A stretch of 64,000 bases of DNA from Octopus vulgaris (GCA_951406725.2 OX597826.1:59458001-59522000); one strand, 5' to 3'; positions 13,545 to 27,469 are shown, counted from the first letter of the stretch. Numbers and translations: made by a program. Notes: a model not told the origin generated them from the letters alone.

Positions 13545-13595
13545 TATCGTCGTCATCATCGTCATCATCATCATCATCACCATTATCGTCATCGT
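13370..13595. repeat. (ATC)n microsatellite
   Basis: Seen directly. Confidence 0.95.
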
Positions 13596-14078
13596 CAATT
13601 CTACTTCCATTACGTCAACCCTAGGATCAAATACCAAGACTAGTTAATTTTTTTATGAATTAATTTATAAGTGGCAAAGACTGAGTCTTGAAGCAATTTC
13701 TCTCAATTATATCTGCTGTTCCGTTTATTCTAATATTTCAGTCAAGTTCGCTACTATTTCTACTTTTGATAAACAAAACGGAACATTATAGAATCATTCT
13801 CTTCAAATTTTGTTCCAGGTTTGCTAATCTACATCAATCTCATGGAACCATCGCTGAAGACTGTATGGATAACACACGATCGACTAGAAACCGTAGCGAA
13901 ACCTTTCTCAACGAACATTTCTCAGTGAGAGGAACAACTGATTACCAATTTTAGGAAAGTCTTTGCCTGACATTAAATAGGGGGCGGTATTTACGGCCGA
14001 AAGGCATTTGAGTATAAAGGCGTTCAATGAGGGCATACATTCATTAAAACAGAAAACATGAATGCCAAGTACATTACC

Positions 14079-14309
14079 CATTTTTTTATTACCCACAAGG
14101 GGCTAAACATAGAAGGGACAAACAAGGACAGACATAGGTATTAAGTCGATTACATCGACCCCAGTGCGTAACTGGTACTTAATTTATCGACCCCGAAAGG
14201 ATGAAAGGTAAAGTCGACGTCGGCGGAATTTGAACTCACAACGTAAAGGCAGACGAAATACCGCTAAGCATTTCGCCCGACGTGCTAACGTTTCTGCCAG
14301 CTCGCCGCC
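14079..14309 (-). mobile_element. Full-length SINE family A with target-site duplication
   Basis: TSD AAGTACATTACC at 14067-14078 and 14310-14321; defines the monomer boundaries. Confidence 0.9.
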
Positions 14310-15427
14310 AAGTACATTACCACCACCACTACCACCAAGAACAACCACAATAACACAAGAAAAATATATGAACAATGATAACAACTGCTGCAGCAACGCA
14401 GCTATCTTTTTTATTGGCAATATATTTAGATTCTCTTACTTTATATCTTGATACAGTTGAGTCATTTTGTAATGCCCTCATTTTGATATCATTATATCAT
14501 CACACTTTCGTTTAATCGCTTCTTCTTCTATGGTAATATCAGATATATTCTCTCTCTTATGACTGTTTTCGTTATGTTCATCGACGTCGTAGTTGCGTGG
14601 GGTATGTTTACGACGTTTCGTCTGATCGACTATGACTAAGGTTAGAGGCATTGAAGTCATAAAAAAGCAAACAATTTTACAAAGGCCATAGTGTATCTAG
14701 AACTACATACTCCAATGTGCCATTTTGTTTTCATCACTGGAGGATGCCGGTCAGTGGAAAAAGTCAGTCATTTCTACAAATCTTAGAGACCAACGTGAAA
14801 GGTCCCAGTTAGTTCTTTCCAAGATGATTTGTCTCCATAACAGCTGTCTGTACTTTTAAATATATTATTTCACGCTTCCATACATTAAAGCAACGATTTC
14901 AGCTAATACAAAGGACAAAATTTCTAATACGCAACCAGCCGTGTGAGCATGTTTTCAGCTATAATTTAATGCATTTAATGCGAGTGTTACCTAATATTCG
15001 TTAATAAATCTATCTGTGACGATTCTAACAATTGTAATTGTTTACTTGTTGAGAAATCAATCACACGTTGATATCCCTACATTTTTCGTTAAAACAAATG
15101 TAACGTAAGTAAAAGCCCTTCTAATTATGTTGACATGTGTATATATAAAAATAACGATTTAGGTTTCAATACCATAGGTAATAAAATTCATAAGTATAGT
15201 GATAAAGCTGAGCCTCTATAAATATCAAGAAATTATTAACCCAATAATCCAATATAGGTGTTCCTATGTGTGTAAATGAGTGTACGTGTGTGTTGGTGCA
15301 TGTTCGTGCGTACGTGTAATATACACATATATGTACATGCATATATATGTCCATGTTTTATACACATATATACATTACATAGCATAGTGATACATGCATA
15401 TATACATACACACACACACATATATAT

Positions 15428-15504
<77 letters not shown>

Positions 15505-16839
15505 TTGATAGATGCATGTATACATATACCTATATATATATGTATCTATATATCCATGTGAGACTATACATATATGTATGTGAGTGTTTGCGCGTGTATC
15601 TATGTGGAGTGAGTGTATATGTTCGTGCGCGCGGGTGTGCGTGTGCACAGTATGAATATCGAAATACCGGAGGAGATGCACACAATCCTCATCTTGAATC
15701 TGAAAATCTTTGTATATTGATCTTGTACAAACGCGTTGCTGCTTTGGGGATCAGGTGTGAACATCCCATATAAAGTCAGCTGAAAGGGAAAACATCATTC
15801 AAGGATATTAGCTCCAAAACATGTATCTAATGTAATAGTTATGCAATCTTATACTACTCATGATCTTGTGACTTTGATACTATAGATATATTACTTTCAA
15901 CAAGCTAATTCCGTAGGATCCATCACAAGGCAAACTGCTATCAATTATCACACTATTTCTACAAATTGCTACCACCGTCTCATATTCTGCAATCTCAAAC
16001 TAACCATATTTTACAAATCGTCCTTCAAGAATTTATAAACCGCATCAGAATTCCTCCTCTGCATTCGTCATTACACCCCTAATGGAACTAAATTTATTCA
16101 AGTTGGTAAGGAGCTGAATCGTTCTCAAAAGTGACGAGATATTATCCAAAAATTATCGAGTGATGATCATCTCTTTATAGATAGCATGCAAATGTTACTG
16201 GTACACACTGCTATTTACGGACATGCAAACGTTATGGAGTCACTCTGTTCCTCATGATCATGTGTAGGTTATACGCACAAATTATTCCTGGCGCACACGC
16301 GAAAGTAGTGGTCAGATGCTGCGCGTTACAGATATGTAAAGGTCATGGAAGGAAGCGGCTTTTCACAAAGAAGCAAAGTTAATGCAGATACACTTCAGGA
16401 TAAAGATATATAAACGTCGTAGACAGAGCCTGCACACTAAGGACCTGCATGTAGTATAGAGGGACGTGGCATCTCACATACATGCAAAGAGCATAGACAG
16501 ACACAATAATCATGCGGGCAAAAACACAAAAATTAAAGATTTTAGCCATGTATAATATAGTCAACATAAAGACTTTAAGTATAATCTTTGATATGTTGGT
16601 ATGTTTGATAAACTTATAACTGGTACCCCATCATGCATAAATTCATACACTAACCCTAATCCAAACCCATTCACACACACACACTCATAGATGCAAATGC
16701 TCACACGCAATTACATATGTATAATGACACATATCCACATACAAGCACGTTAACACATACTCATAGACATACTCATACACATATAGAGGGAATATCGATC
16801 AAGATGATAAATATACACCAAATATAAAGAAAAACATTG

Positions 16840-18137
16840 TCAGTGACTTTTGAACGACACAAAATATTGTAGTTCTTTCTCTTTGTTTTCTTACAAGCAT
16901 CTGCCCTGCACCCACACGTTCGTTCTTGCATACTGTTCTAGTGTGGGTCCTCGTCCATTTGTATGTTATTGTCGGCACTGTAATATTCTTGTCACCACTG
17001 TGATGTTGTAACTGTTTTCCGCATCTCATAATCTTTGACTCGTCTGTCGTGCTATCGCTGACAGCTCCGCAAGACAAAGATTTTGAAACGTCTGCCTTGA
17101 CGCTAACTCGAACTAGTATACATCACGTAACTGACACTCACTCCATTTGAGAACTCGTACGACAACTCTACTACTACTGACCTCCTACAACGTCTGACTG
17201 CCTGACTTTATTGTGACTCTCATACCTACCTATAAGGGGCTAAACACAGAGGGGACAAACAAGGATAGACAAACGGATTAAGTCGATTACATCGACCCCA
17301 GTACGTAACTGGTACTTAATTTATCGACCTCGAATGGATGAAAGGCAAAGTCGACCTCGGCGGAATTTGAACTCAGAACGTAACGGCAGACGAAATACGG
17401 CTTGTGACTCTCATACCACTTTGTTGTATGCGAAAGGGGAGTACCATTTTCACTACAACATCTCCCCTTTTATTTTTTTTCTTTGGGAAGCAAGTAATTT
17501 TATTATACTTTATTCATCCTTCCTACCTTTTTAACGTTATTTTTTCCAAATTAATAATTTTTCTTTTTCGCCTCTATTTGTAGGAAAATTGTTCTTCCTT
17601 TTTCTTCCACTTGTATGCGAGGGTTCAACCAGCAGTAACGGTGTGGGTACCTCGAATGCATCATAAAGCTATTCCATAGTTTCCTCTAATCTGCCTGATT
17701 CATTTTCTATGAATCTCTTTTTCAACTGTTTCCTGTGTCTTTTTTCAATACATTTTCTACTTTTAATTCCGTACGCCATTTATCCTATGTACTTTGTAAT
17801 TTTGCCTTCTTCTCAATACTGCTTTCCATTCTATACGACCTCTTGTAACCTTATCTCCAGTTTTAAAAACTTTTGGACTGTCTTTCCTGATACATTTTCT
17901 TTCCTCGCAAGCTAACAGTTTATCAAATGTTGATTTCACTTTTTTCGCGAATATCAGACAAAGACAAATACTTTGAAATGTCTACCTTGACGGTAACTCG
18001 AACTCGTATATATCACGTAACTGACACTGACTCTGACTGAAAACGCGTACAGACCTCCTACAACGACTGACTATTTGACTTTATTGGGGCTGGGTCATAC
18101 CACTTTGTCATGCGAAAAGAGGAGTACCATTTTCACT
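16840..18137 (-). mobile_element. Degenerate Gypsy (Ty3) LTR retrotransposon relic, tandem arrangement
   Basis: Minus strand order: partial LTR 18137-17965; integrase C-terminus (FAKKVKSTFDKLL...FKTGDKV...KRHRKQLKKR) about 17960-17550; PPT AAAAAGGGGAGA; LTR 17460-17004 with TGTTGTA...TACAACA termini; PBS-like TGGTGACAAG at 16997-16988; gag-like remnant ending CRSK. Confidence 0.75.
17227..17401 (-). mobile_element. 5'-truncated SINE family A inserted into the Gypsy LTR
   Basis: 16-bp TSD TTGTGACTCTCATACC at 17211-17226 and 17402-17417. Confidence 0.9.
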
Positions 18138-18164
18138 AAAACACATACACACATTCATATATGC

Positions 18165-18479
18165 ATTCATACATGCACACACACATACATACGTACATAC
18201 AAACATACAAACATACATACATACATATATACATACATACATACATGCATGCAATCATAAATTTGATATTTTTATGAGAATAGATACATACATTCATGTA
18301 TACATACATACATACATACGTACATACGTACATACATACATACATACATACATACATACATACATACATACCTACATACATACATACATACATGCATACA
18401 TACATGCATACATACATACATACATACATACATACATACATACATACATACATACATACATACATACATACATACATAC
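18165..18479. repeat. (CATA)n microsatellite
   Basis: Seen directly. Confidence 0.95.
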
Positions 18480-19860
18480 CATCATAGATTTGATATTTTT
18501 ATGAGAATAGATCGACACACTTGGGCGTACGTATCGACAGCTCAATCAACACAGCGACTCACCTACATATTTACAAATACCGGGAACTCTCTTAACCCAA
18601 AAAAGGTCTTGTCGCTTTGTTAAAGATTGGATTGAACTCTCTTGAGAAGATCTTAAATAGAATTCGCAGAAAAATAAGACACACGAATACATTCACAAAC
18701 ATACATACAAACATAAAACATGCATGAATACACACATACATACACACACAAGTACATACATCCATACAGATAATAATGAATGAATACAACATACAAACTT
18801 ACATACACAGACATACATACACGTAACGTCTATGTATAAGAAAACAATAAATGTATACAAGATACTTGATGCGGCCAGACTCGAATTCTTTCAGTTGATA
18901 TCGATTATATATCAGAAAAGAAATCTAAATTTCAGAGATCCAATTCAGAGATAATGAGAATTATGAGGGGGGAAAAAAATGGGAAGCGAGAAAACAAAAA
19001 TAAGCAAATCAGAAAAGGAAAACTACAAATCAAATATATCGAGATCGTTGGTACACAAATCTTTCCAGTATGACATATTATCTCCCTTAGTTGAGCTATT
19101 ACCTCAACGCACACACACAAATATGGATAGATATATTGATCTCATGCTTAAACACCTTTCTAATAATTAACTAACTGTAAATTAATTAAGACGAAATAAA
19201 TATATTTTCTCCCTTCATATTAAAGTACTGTTATTTTTAATCATTTTAATTGGCATTCTTTGTTTCTTTTTCCTGTTGTTGTTTTTGTTCCGAATTCGTG
19301 TTCATATTGTTGTTGTCTAATTAAGCAGAGATAATGATATCTGCATAATTGGATACGACATACAAATTATTATTTTTATTATTAATATATTTTTATTATT
19401 TTCCACGGTCACTTTTAAGCAGGAATCTCATTACAGGATAACTAATTAAATTTTAATAGTTGTTATTACATTTCTCATTCTATAATAATTACTGTTAATA
19501 AACGCAATGTCGCACTTTGTTCAAAATCATAGTAGTGGCATTCATTTAGTTAGGTATTGGTCCACAAGGAAGCAATTGTAAGCAATTAGAAAAACACGTT
19601 GATAAACAACGAGAAGAACAATATACTATGTTACATGAAGTATCAGTGGTTTAAAAGGTGGCGAGTCTTTTTTAAAGTAGTCGGCAAATTTAGAATTAGT
19701 TCTTTATATTTTAATCCAGAATTTTACACAAAGGTTCCGCTACGGAACAGGTGAATATAAGAACACACATACAAACTCCATAATCACTACCACCGCCACA
19801 CACATTCTACTGCTGAGATTTGTGTGCGTGTATATATAAATGTGTGTATGTACGTATGTA

Positions 19861-20277
19861 ATTCTTTTTACTACCCACAAGAGGCTAAACACATAGAGGA
19901 CAAACAAGGACAGACAAAAGGATTAAGTCGATTATACCGATCCCAGTGCGTAAACTGGTACTTAATTTATCGACCCCTAAAGGATGAAAGGCAAAGTCGA
20001 CCTCGGCAGAATTTGAACTCAGAACGTAGCGACAGACTCAATACCTATTTCTTTATTGCCACAAGGGGCTAAACATAGAGGGGACAAACAAGTACAGACA
20101 AAGGGATTAAGTCGCTTACATCGACCCCAGTGCGTCGCTGGTACTTAATTTATCGACCCCGAAAGGATGAAAGGTAAAGTCGACCTCGGCGGAATTTGAA
20201 CTCAGAACGCAGCGGCGGGCGAAATGCCACAAAGCATTTCAGCCGGCGTGCTAACGTTTCAGCCAGCTCGCCGCCTT
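19861..20277 (-). mobile_element. SINE family A dimer (full unit plus 5'-truncated unit)
   Basis: Junction near 20045 reads AAAGAAATAGGTATTGAGTCTG on the minus strand. Confidence 0.85.
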
Positions 20278-20288
20278 TTAGGTACGTG

Positions 20289-20289
<1 letters not shown>

Positions 20290-20320
<31 letters not shown>

Positions 20321-20448
20321 TGTATGTATGTATGTATGTATGTATGTATGTATGTATGTATGTATGTATGTATGTATGTATGTATGTATGCATGTATGTA
20401 TGCATGCATGTATGTATGTATGTATGTATGTATGTATGTATGTATGTA
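20290..20448. repeat. (TATG)n microsatellite
   Basis: Seen directly. Confidence 0.95.
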
Positions 20449-20814
20449 CGTAGTACATTAACAGATGGACCTAGAAACATTACAGAAATAGATAAACATT
20501 ACAGACACAGCCATATAAGGACAACGGGATTGACATATTTTCGAATTTCATAGATACTTAGAAACATAGATAAGAAGAATGTAAAAACATGGTTCATAAT
20601 TATATACAGACGGATTCTTCAATATAAGAAAAGACACACAAACTCAACAATGACATGTCAATTCTCGCACGCCCCCAAACACAAACACACATACAGATAT
20701 ATATATGTATGTCTGCGTGCGTGTGTGTTGGTATACATGTGTATGTATGTATGTATGTATGTATATATGTGTGTGTGTCTGTGTGTACATGTATATATGT
20801 ATACAGCCATTTTT

Positions 20815-21010
20815 TAATTCGTTTACTTGTTTGAGTCATTTGACGGCGGTCATTGGAGCACTGCCGTTAGTAGAACAAATCGACCCCAGGACTTATTCTT
20901 TGTAAGCCTTATTCAATCGGTCTATGTTGCCGAACCGCTAAGTTACGGAGACGTAAACATACCGATATCGGTTGTCAAACGATGGTGGTGGTGGGGGGGC
21001 AAACACAGAT
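20815..21010 (-). mobile_element. SINE family B, 3' half
   Basis: GGAGCACTGCC...CGACCCCAGGACTTATTCTTTGTAAGCC matches the family B tail in reverse. Confidence 0.75.
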
Positions 21011-21079
21011 ACACAACCGCACACACATATATATATATACATACATACATACACATATATATATATATATACACACACA

Positions 21080-21146
<67 letters not shown>

Positions 21147-21756
21147 GCATTTACACACATGCGTGTACAACTATATGTGCGTTTGTGTGTGGAGGGGACT
21201 GCGTGGTTTTGGACTTTATATAAATTTATTTTTAGTAGATATACTTGAATTTACAAATCACTAGCCTGGATTTCATGGATCCTCTTGAATTTGCTCACCA
21301 GCGAGATTAACAGAAATGAGTTAGTCTTTAAACTAGACGGAAAAAGGGGCGGATATGTCGTGACCACTGTGCTATGAATCCGTTTGTCTGAGGATATTTT
21401 CAAGACTAAAACAAGTCCGTAAATATCTCTACAACGAACTGAATGATGAATTAGGTTCTCCTTTGATTATCCCTCATTCATTTCTGATATTTGAAATTTC
21501 GATTCCTTGCAAGTTACTCAAACTCTAATGGCATTTTTTTTTTGTCATGTTATAGTCATTATTCCAGTTGATTAAAGACAGCCTGCAAGTAACTGAATAA
21601 CCACCTTAAGGTAAAAACTCCCTTAGAGAAATTTTACAATAGTATTCAATTGTATTTTCATTTGAATTTATCTACTTATGTATAATTTCTCGCATGGATG
21701 CTCCGATAGCCAACTAAGGGTGCCTAAAAGTACCAATGCATGGAGTTAATATATAT

Positions 21757-21970
21757 TAGTTTCAAATTTTGACACAAAGCCAGAAGTTCAGGGAAGTGTA
21801 AGTCGATTACATCGATCTCAGCGCTAAACTGGTACTTAATTTATTGACGCCTGAAAGGGAAGAAGAGCTAAGTCGACCTCGGTGGAATTTAAACCCAGAG
21901 CATAAAGACGGACGAAATGCCGTTCAGCGTTTCGCCCGGTGTGCTAACAATTCTACCAAATCCCCGCCTT
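21757..21970 (-). mobile_element. SINE family A, diverged
   Basis: GTCGATTACATCGA...GTCGACCTCGGTGGAATTT motifs. Confidence 0.75.
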
Positions 21971-22912
21971 GGAGGGAATATAAATGGATATTACAAATAT
22001 TAATATAGATTATATTTGCGTAAATAATTGATCTATGATAAGTTTGTCTTATCTGTACTCATTCCAATATCTGAACTACTCAATTGAACTTTCGTTGAGA
22101 TTCATACATCGATATTAAAACCGGGGCTATTCAAACAACTAGAATTGTATATATCAATACGTATTTTGATCGCCTTTCACTAAAATGAGAATGAAAAGGC
22201 AGTAGCTTATCGTCGATCCAAACAGCTTGAATGTTACATGATATCCTTTTAATAACATTTTTTAACCGCAATGCTTCGTATGTTTTCTTTGAACACATCT
22301 GCAGCAGTTGAAGTATAAAGTTCTATGAGGAAAAAGCTCCTGTGAAAGCATTTCTCTACTCATGAAATCATGCGATTCACTGCAAGGAACTTTGTAAAGT
22401 TCTCCAGCAGTCGACCATCAGATGGAAATATTAATTTTATGAAGGGAAGGTAATGCATGATTTTTGATGTATTGTTGTCAGTATGATTCTGAATGGAGTA
22501 AAATATCTAGATGTGATAGCTGGTTGTTGCAGTCCATGTAAAGAATTGGCGAATAATACCATAATGATACTATAAGCATACATGACATGATGTAGGCGGG
22601 AAAACGTGATAATTCATATCATACGTCGGAGGAGAAAATTATAAGTAAGTAGAATGACACGGAGGGTCTTATCATCTGTAATGTGAAGGACTAGATGTCC
22701 AATGCTGTTGTCATATCCTCTGCAAAGAACAGAGATAAGAGATCTGACAAGTTATGAACTGAGCTAAGCAGTTGAACGCAAATGTAAGAAGTTCTCCTTC
22801 ACATGCTTACAGAATATTTAAGGAAGAAGACAACAATTTAGGCGAACTGAATATGTCTTTAATATCCTTAGTACAGATTTAGATGTAGACCAGTGCTTAA
22901 TAGAGCATTTGG

Positions 22913-23545
22913 TTATGTAATCATATATATATATATTTAAACGATAGATATAAACCATATCATATAGGAAAATAAAATATATTATAAAACATATATCTAG
23001 ATCACAAAAAATACAAAAGAATGAATAAATATTATATAATAAGTAAAAGGACTACGTACTTTTCGTGGCTCTAACTTCAATTCGAATTACAATTAAATTT
23101 AAATTTAATCCAAAAACAATTCAATTTAAATGTATAGTCACTCCTCAGGTTAACAATAATAGTTAAATGAATACATATTTATAATAAATAATCAAATAGA
23201 ATTAAACAGTATTTGAGGAGTGACTATACTTTTAAACTGAATTGCTTTTGGATTAAATTTAAATTTAATTGTAATACGAATTGTAGTTATAGCCACGAAA
23301 CATACGTAGGCTTTCTACTTATATACATTTTATTTATTTTTTGTATTTTTTGTGATTTAGATATATGTTTTATAATATATTTTATTTTTTCTATATGATA
23401 TAGTTTATATCTATCATTGTTTGAATTACATAATAGTGGTTTTTCTCTAATTTATATATATTATATATTTATATTGTGAAATTTGAGTTAATACTAAATT
23501 GAATCCCCCCCTGTATTTTTGGAGTTATACTTCCTAATATTATAT
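22913..23545. mobile_element. Inverted (head-to-head) pair of Penelope-like pseudo-LTRs with long-stem-II hammerheads
   Basis: Arms 22913-23147 and 23214-23433 are diverged reverse complements. Each has (C/T)TGAGGA-GTGACTATA...TA(T/G)AGCCAC-GAAA-nnTACG-TA. The right arm continues into a tail shared with 25393 and 59665. Confidence 0.65.
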
Positions 23546-23863
23546 ATATGTGTGTGTATGTATGTGTGTTTGTGTATATGTATGTATATAAATATGTGCG
23601 TATATATGCATATATACATATAAATATATTTAGATAGTGAGGAAGAAAGAGTGACAGAGACACAGGAAGTGGGAGAGAGAAAAAAAGATACATTCATATA
23701 TCCGTATATCCAACTCAAGATGCACACATGGATGTTATATTAATAGATATCTCCATGCAAGTATATGTACTCATCCTAACATACATTTGATAAAGACGTA
23801 CATATATACGTATGGATAATTTGATAGACAGGAAGGCAAACACATTAAACAGATGGATTCCTT

Positions 23864-23871
23864 GATAGATT

Positions 23872-23942
<71 letters not shown>
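23864..23942. repeat. (GATA)n microsatellite
   Basis: Seen directly. Confidence 0.95.
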
Positions 23943-23943
<1 letters not shown>

Positions 23944-24689
23944 CAGAATAAAAGAGAAATGGTTACATAGAAATACAGGTCAATAAATAGAGAGAGAAAG
24001 AGAGAAAATATATGCGTGTGCCAGCGCATGTATTTTTGATTGTGTGTATGTTCGTTTCCAACTTATAGATAAGCACAATAAATACACAAAATAAATTCAC
24101 ATCTGATTTCTTAAGAAGATTACTTTCTGTCCTACATATTGGCATCCAAGCCCTCCCATTTCAGACTTGTTAACGAAGATGCAGAAATCTCCAAAACACA
24201 TGAATTCATCTCCATCCAAACACGAACGCACACTTGTCAAACATAGTCACACATATTTACAGAGATATTACCCCTCCGCCCATCCCCATCCGTTAACTTG
24301 TTCCCCTCGCGAACACAATTTACCCAGAATTCCATTCCCACATTTTGAGAAACTGGGAGGTCTATGGAATTTGTTTGATGTTATCGTAACAATCGCACAA
24401 TAACCCCCCCCCCACTCCTCGTTACTATCTCCCCCACCTCACACCACAGACATTTCTTGTCATCGTGAAAATGTTCCATCCCTTTCGTTTGTCTAAGCAG
24501 CATAGTGAATGTTCTACAAGGGATTCACATATTGGAATAGTATATTTAGTAGAGTGAAAACAAACGTCAAATACTAATATGTAAGCACATATGTGGTTAT
24601 ATGTGTATGTTGTGTCTGAACGCTAGTATATACACGTATTTATATGTGTAAATGTTTGTGTGTATATGTTTATGTATTTTTCGAATTTT

Positions 24690-25510
24690 TGTACAAAAAA
24701 TGTTCTTAAATTAAAAGGTAATAGCTATAAAGTTAATAGCTGTATAAGAATTTCTATATCTGAATTTTTATATAATATATATAAATAAAAATACAGATAG
24801 AACTTGCTTTCTATATTGTGTTCACGCAGAAGCTTTTTATCACTTTATACCTTTTACTTGTATTTCTTATATATTTTTATTTATATTTTTTATACATATA
24901 TTTCTTGCATATTTATTGAGATATTGGTTTATTAAAAAAAGGGTTATTTTTCATAGCATTTTTCCGATGGCCGGATACCTGAAGAGATGGTGGCGTGGAT
25001 TTCCACCTCGGCATCCGAAACTGGAAGTTTTATCATGGCTACCGAATAATTGTCACGTATTACATTTACAGATAAATTACTCTATTTACGTAATATCTAG
25101 TTATCTTTCTTTCTTTTGTTGTCTTACCATTTTTATAAATATATATATATCTTTTATTAAACTTTTAATACTTTTGATATAAAAAAAAATTAAATAAATA
25201 AATAAATAAATAAATTAATAAATAAAATAATATATAAATATAAAAATATACATATATATATATATATATATATTTGTATATATATATAAAATTTATAAGT
25301 TTAACTTATTTAAATAATTTTTTATTTTTAACTTTTATATTTTTAAATTAATTTTATGTATTGGCTTATGTTTTTCACTGTTTGATTTGCCTAATAGTGG
25401 TTTTATCTCTAATTTAATATAATATAATATATTTATACTATAAAATTGGATTTAATCCTAAATCTAATTTTTCCCTGTAAGTTTGGATTTATTCCCTAAT
25501 ATTATTATTA
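24690..25510 (+). mobile_element. AT-rich Penelope-like pseudo-LTR with degenerate hammerhead at 24974-25034
   Basis: gatac CTGAAGA gatg...catcc GAAA ct-gga-ag TT ttatc; tail AATAGTGGTTTTATCTCTAATTT...CCTAATATTA shared with 23432; ends in (TA)n. The 5' boundary is approximate. Confidence 0.55.
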
Positions 25511-25528
25511 TATATATATATATATAGT

Positions 25529-25780
25529 TCATGTTCCATGTACTCGTGCTTCGTCTTTTTTGTTGTACACGTTTCGTGACGTCCTGTGCCCATTGTTGTT
25601 AAATGCTCGAAATACGAGACTAGAAAAAACAGCCAACAACTGATGAAGGACCGTTCTTTATGTTGTTTGGTTTGATTTTCCTTTGTGTCTTTTGTTGTGC
25701 GAAAGAATAGATCATGTTCCATGTACTCGTGCTTCGTAATTTTTGTTGTACACGTTTCATGATGCCCTCTGCCCACATAT
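25529..25780 (+). mobile_element. Penelope-like tail fragment with partial tandem duplication
   Basis: TCATGTTCCATGTACTCGTGCTTCGT...GCCCA at about 25529-25592 and 25712-25776; CTGATGAAGG motif as in 58407-58590. Confidence 0.5.
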
Positions 25781-26299
25781 GCACATATATATATATACGT
25801 ATAGATGTATGTATGTATGCATATATATTATTTATATTATTATATGATTGAACGCCACGCATCCTCTTCCCAATACGTTTTATCTTAATAATTCTGATGC
25901 GCACTCTATACGATCTTTTTACTTTTTCGTTTTTCTCTCTTTTCTCTCTTACTCTTATTCTCATTCAATACCACTCAAAAAGTACCCTCGAAAACAATCG
26001 TAAATTTCACAGCAATGACCACAAATAATGAACCTCTAATGAAATACATACATGAAAATGCCAACATCATACCAAATGATTTTCTGTGCACACTACCTAG
26101 CGTCTCAGCTCACATACAAATACTAAGCGTAACTAACAACACTTTCATTTACTTAAAAGAAAAAGCACCCCATTGCGGTGGGTAATCTCTAAAAACAGTA
26201 AACAAACGATTATACAAAAACCTGATCATGGAAACACCCACTGGCACCCCGAAAAGTGAGGAAAATATCTCACCCTCCCCATAGCCCGGAAATAAGTAG

Positions 26300-26840
26300 T
26301 GCATCATTTTCTTGGTTTTGCGCAATATAGGCAGTTTAAACGTGCGTGGCCTGAGATTGCTTTAGAAGGAAGGACACCTCTTCAACGACCTTGGATCACT
26401 GGGTTTGGACGTTCAAGAGAGGTTGTGTGGATGTCACAGGTGGGAGGTTTAAGGACGGACACCGTTCTCACCGGAAGTGGCTTAATTAAATATTTCAGAT
26501 TTCCCTTGAAAAGAAAGCTGTGATTCGGGAGAGAGGAGTTGTCCTCGTACGAAATTTGAGGAAAGATGGGTAAAACTTGCACGAATGATTAGAATGAATG
26601 GGTCTAACTTGGGCATAACCTTCTAGGCATTTGCTCTAGCGAACAGGTTGTCACGTGGCTTGTGTGGTTTCCACTTTAAAATACCACCCCTTTTGGTTAA
26701 CACTGTTGTTTTATATGTTTACCCCTTTAAGTTTTTAGCCTTTTACCACTGTTAAAACTGTCCACATTTTTTTATGTGTGAGCGCACCCGTATGTCCTGT
26801 ATAGTCCCTTCATGTCAGTTTCTAGTGGCTAATAAAGTAA
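26300..26840 (+). mobile_element. Tx1/L1-like LINE 3' fragment (ORF2 C-terminus plus 3' UTR)
   Basis: REVVWMSQVGGLRTDTVLTGSGLIKYFRFPLKRKL, then frameshifted FEERWVKLARM; T-rich UTR ending AATAAA near 26831. Clade assigned by recognition only. Confidence 0.5.
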
Positions 26841-26879
26841 GGACTTTCTTGTCGAACAACCACACATGTGATTTGTTCA

Positions 26880-27102
26880 TACTGATCAAATGTTTGTGTT
26901 CACGTAAGCTCACTCACTCCATCAAATCGACATTACCTCTACAGGTGTAGCGTGTGCTGCATGCTGGATGACGAAATGATCGCAGAGCAACGTGAAATGA
27001 AGTGCTTTGCTCAAGAACATAATGCAGCGCCAGGTCTGAGAATCGAAACTACGATCTCACAACCGTGAGTGCAATATCCTAACCACTAAGCCATGCGCCT
27101 TC
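26880..27102 (-). mobile_element. SINE family D
   Basis: Reverse complement head GAAGGCGCATGGCTTAGTGGTTAGG and TGTTCTTGAGCAAAGCACTT. Confidence 0.75.
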
Positions 27103-27123
27103 ACACACACACACACACACACA

Positions 27124-27157
<34 letters not shown>

Positions 27158-27321
27158 ATGATAAATCTCAGAGTGAGTTATAAACAGTAGCAGCAACACA
27201 TCGTGACGATAGGGCACAGAAAGTGTGTCTATAGCCAGCTGGAGGAGGTGTCCTCCTGGGGCTACAAACTACAGTAGCATTCGCCCTTAGGGGTTAGCCA
27301 TATTCAAATGGCAAATATACG

Positions 27322-27469
<148 letters not shown>

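Noticed and set aside
24153-24403. Possible exon after the CTCCCATTTCAG acceptor
   Set aside because: No recognisable protein, no clear donor and no partner exons.
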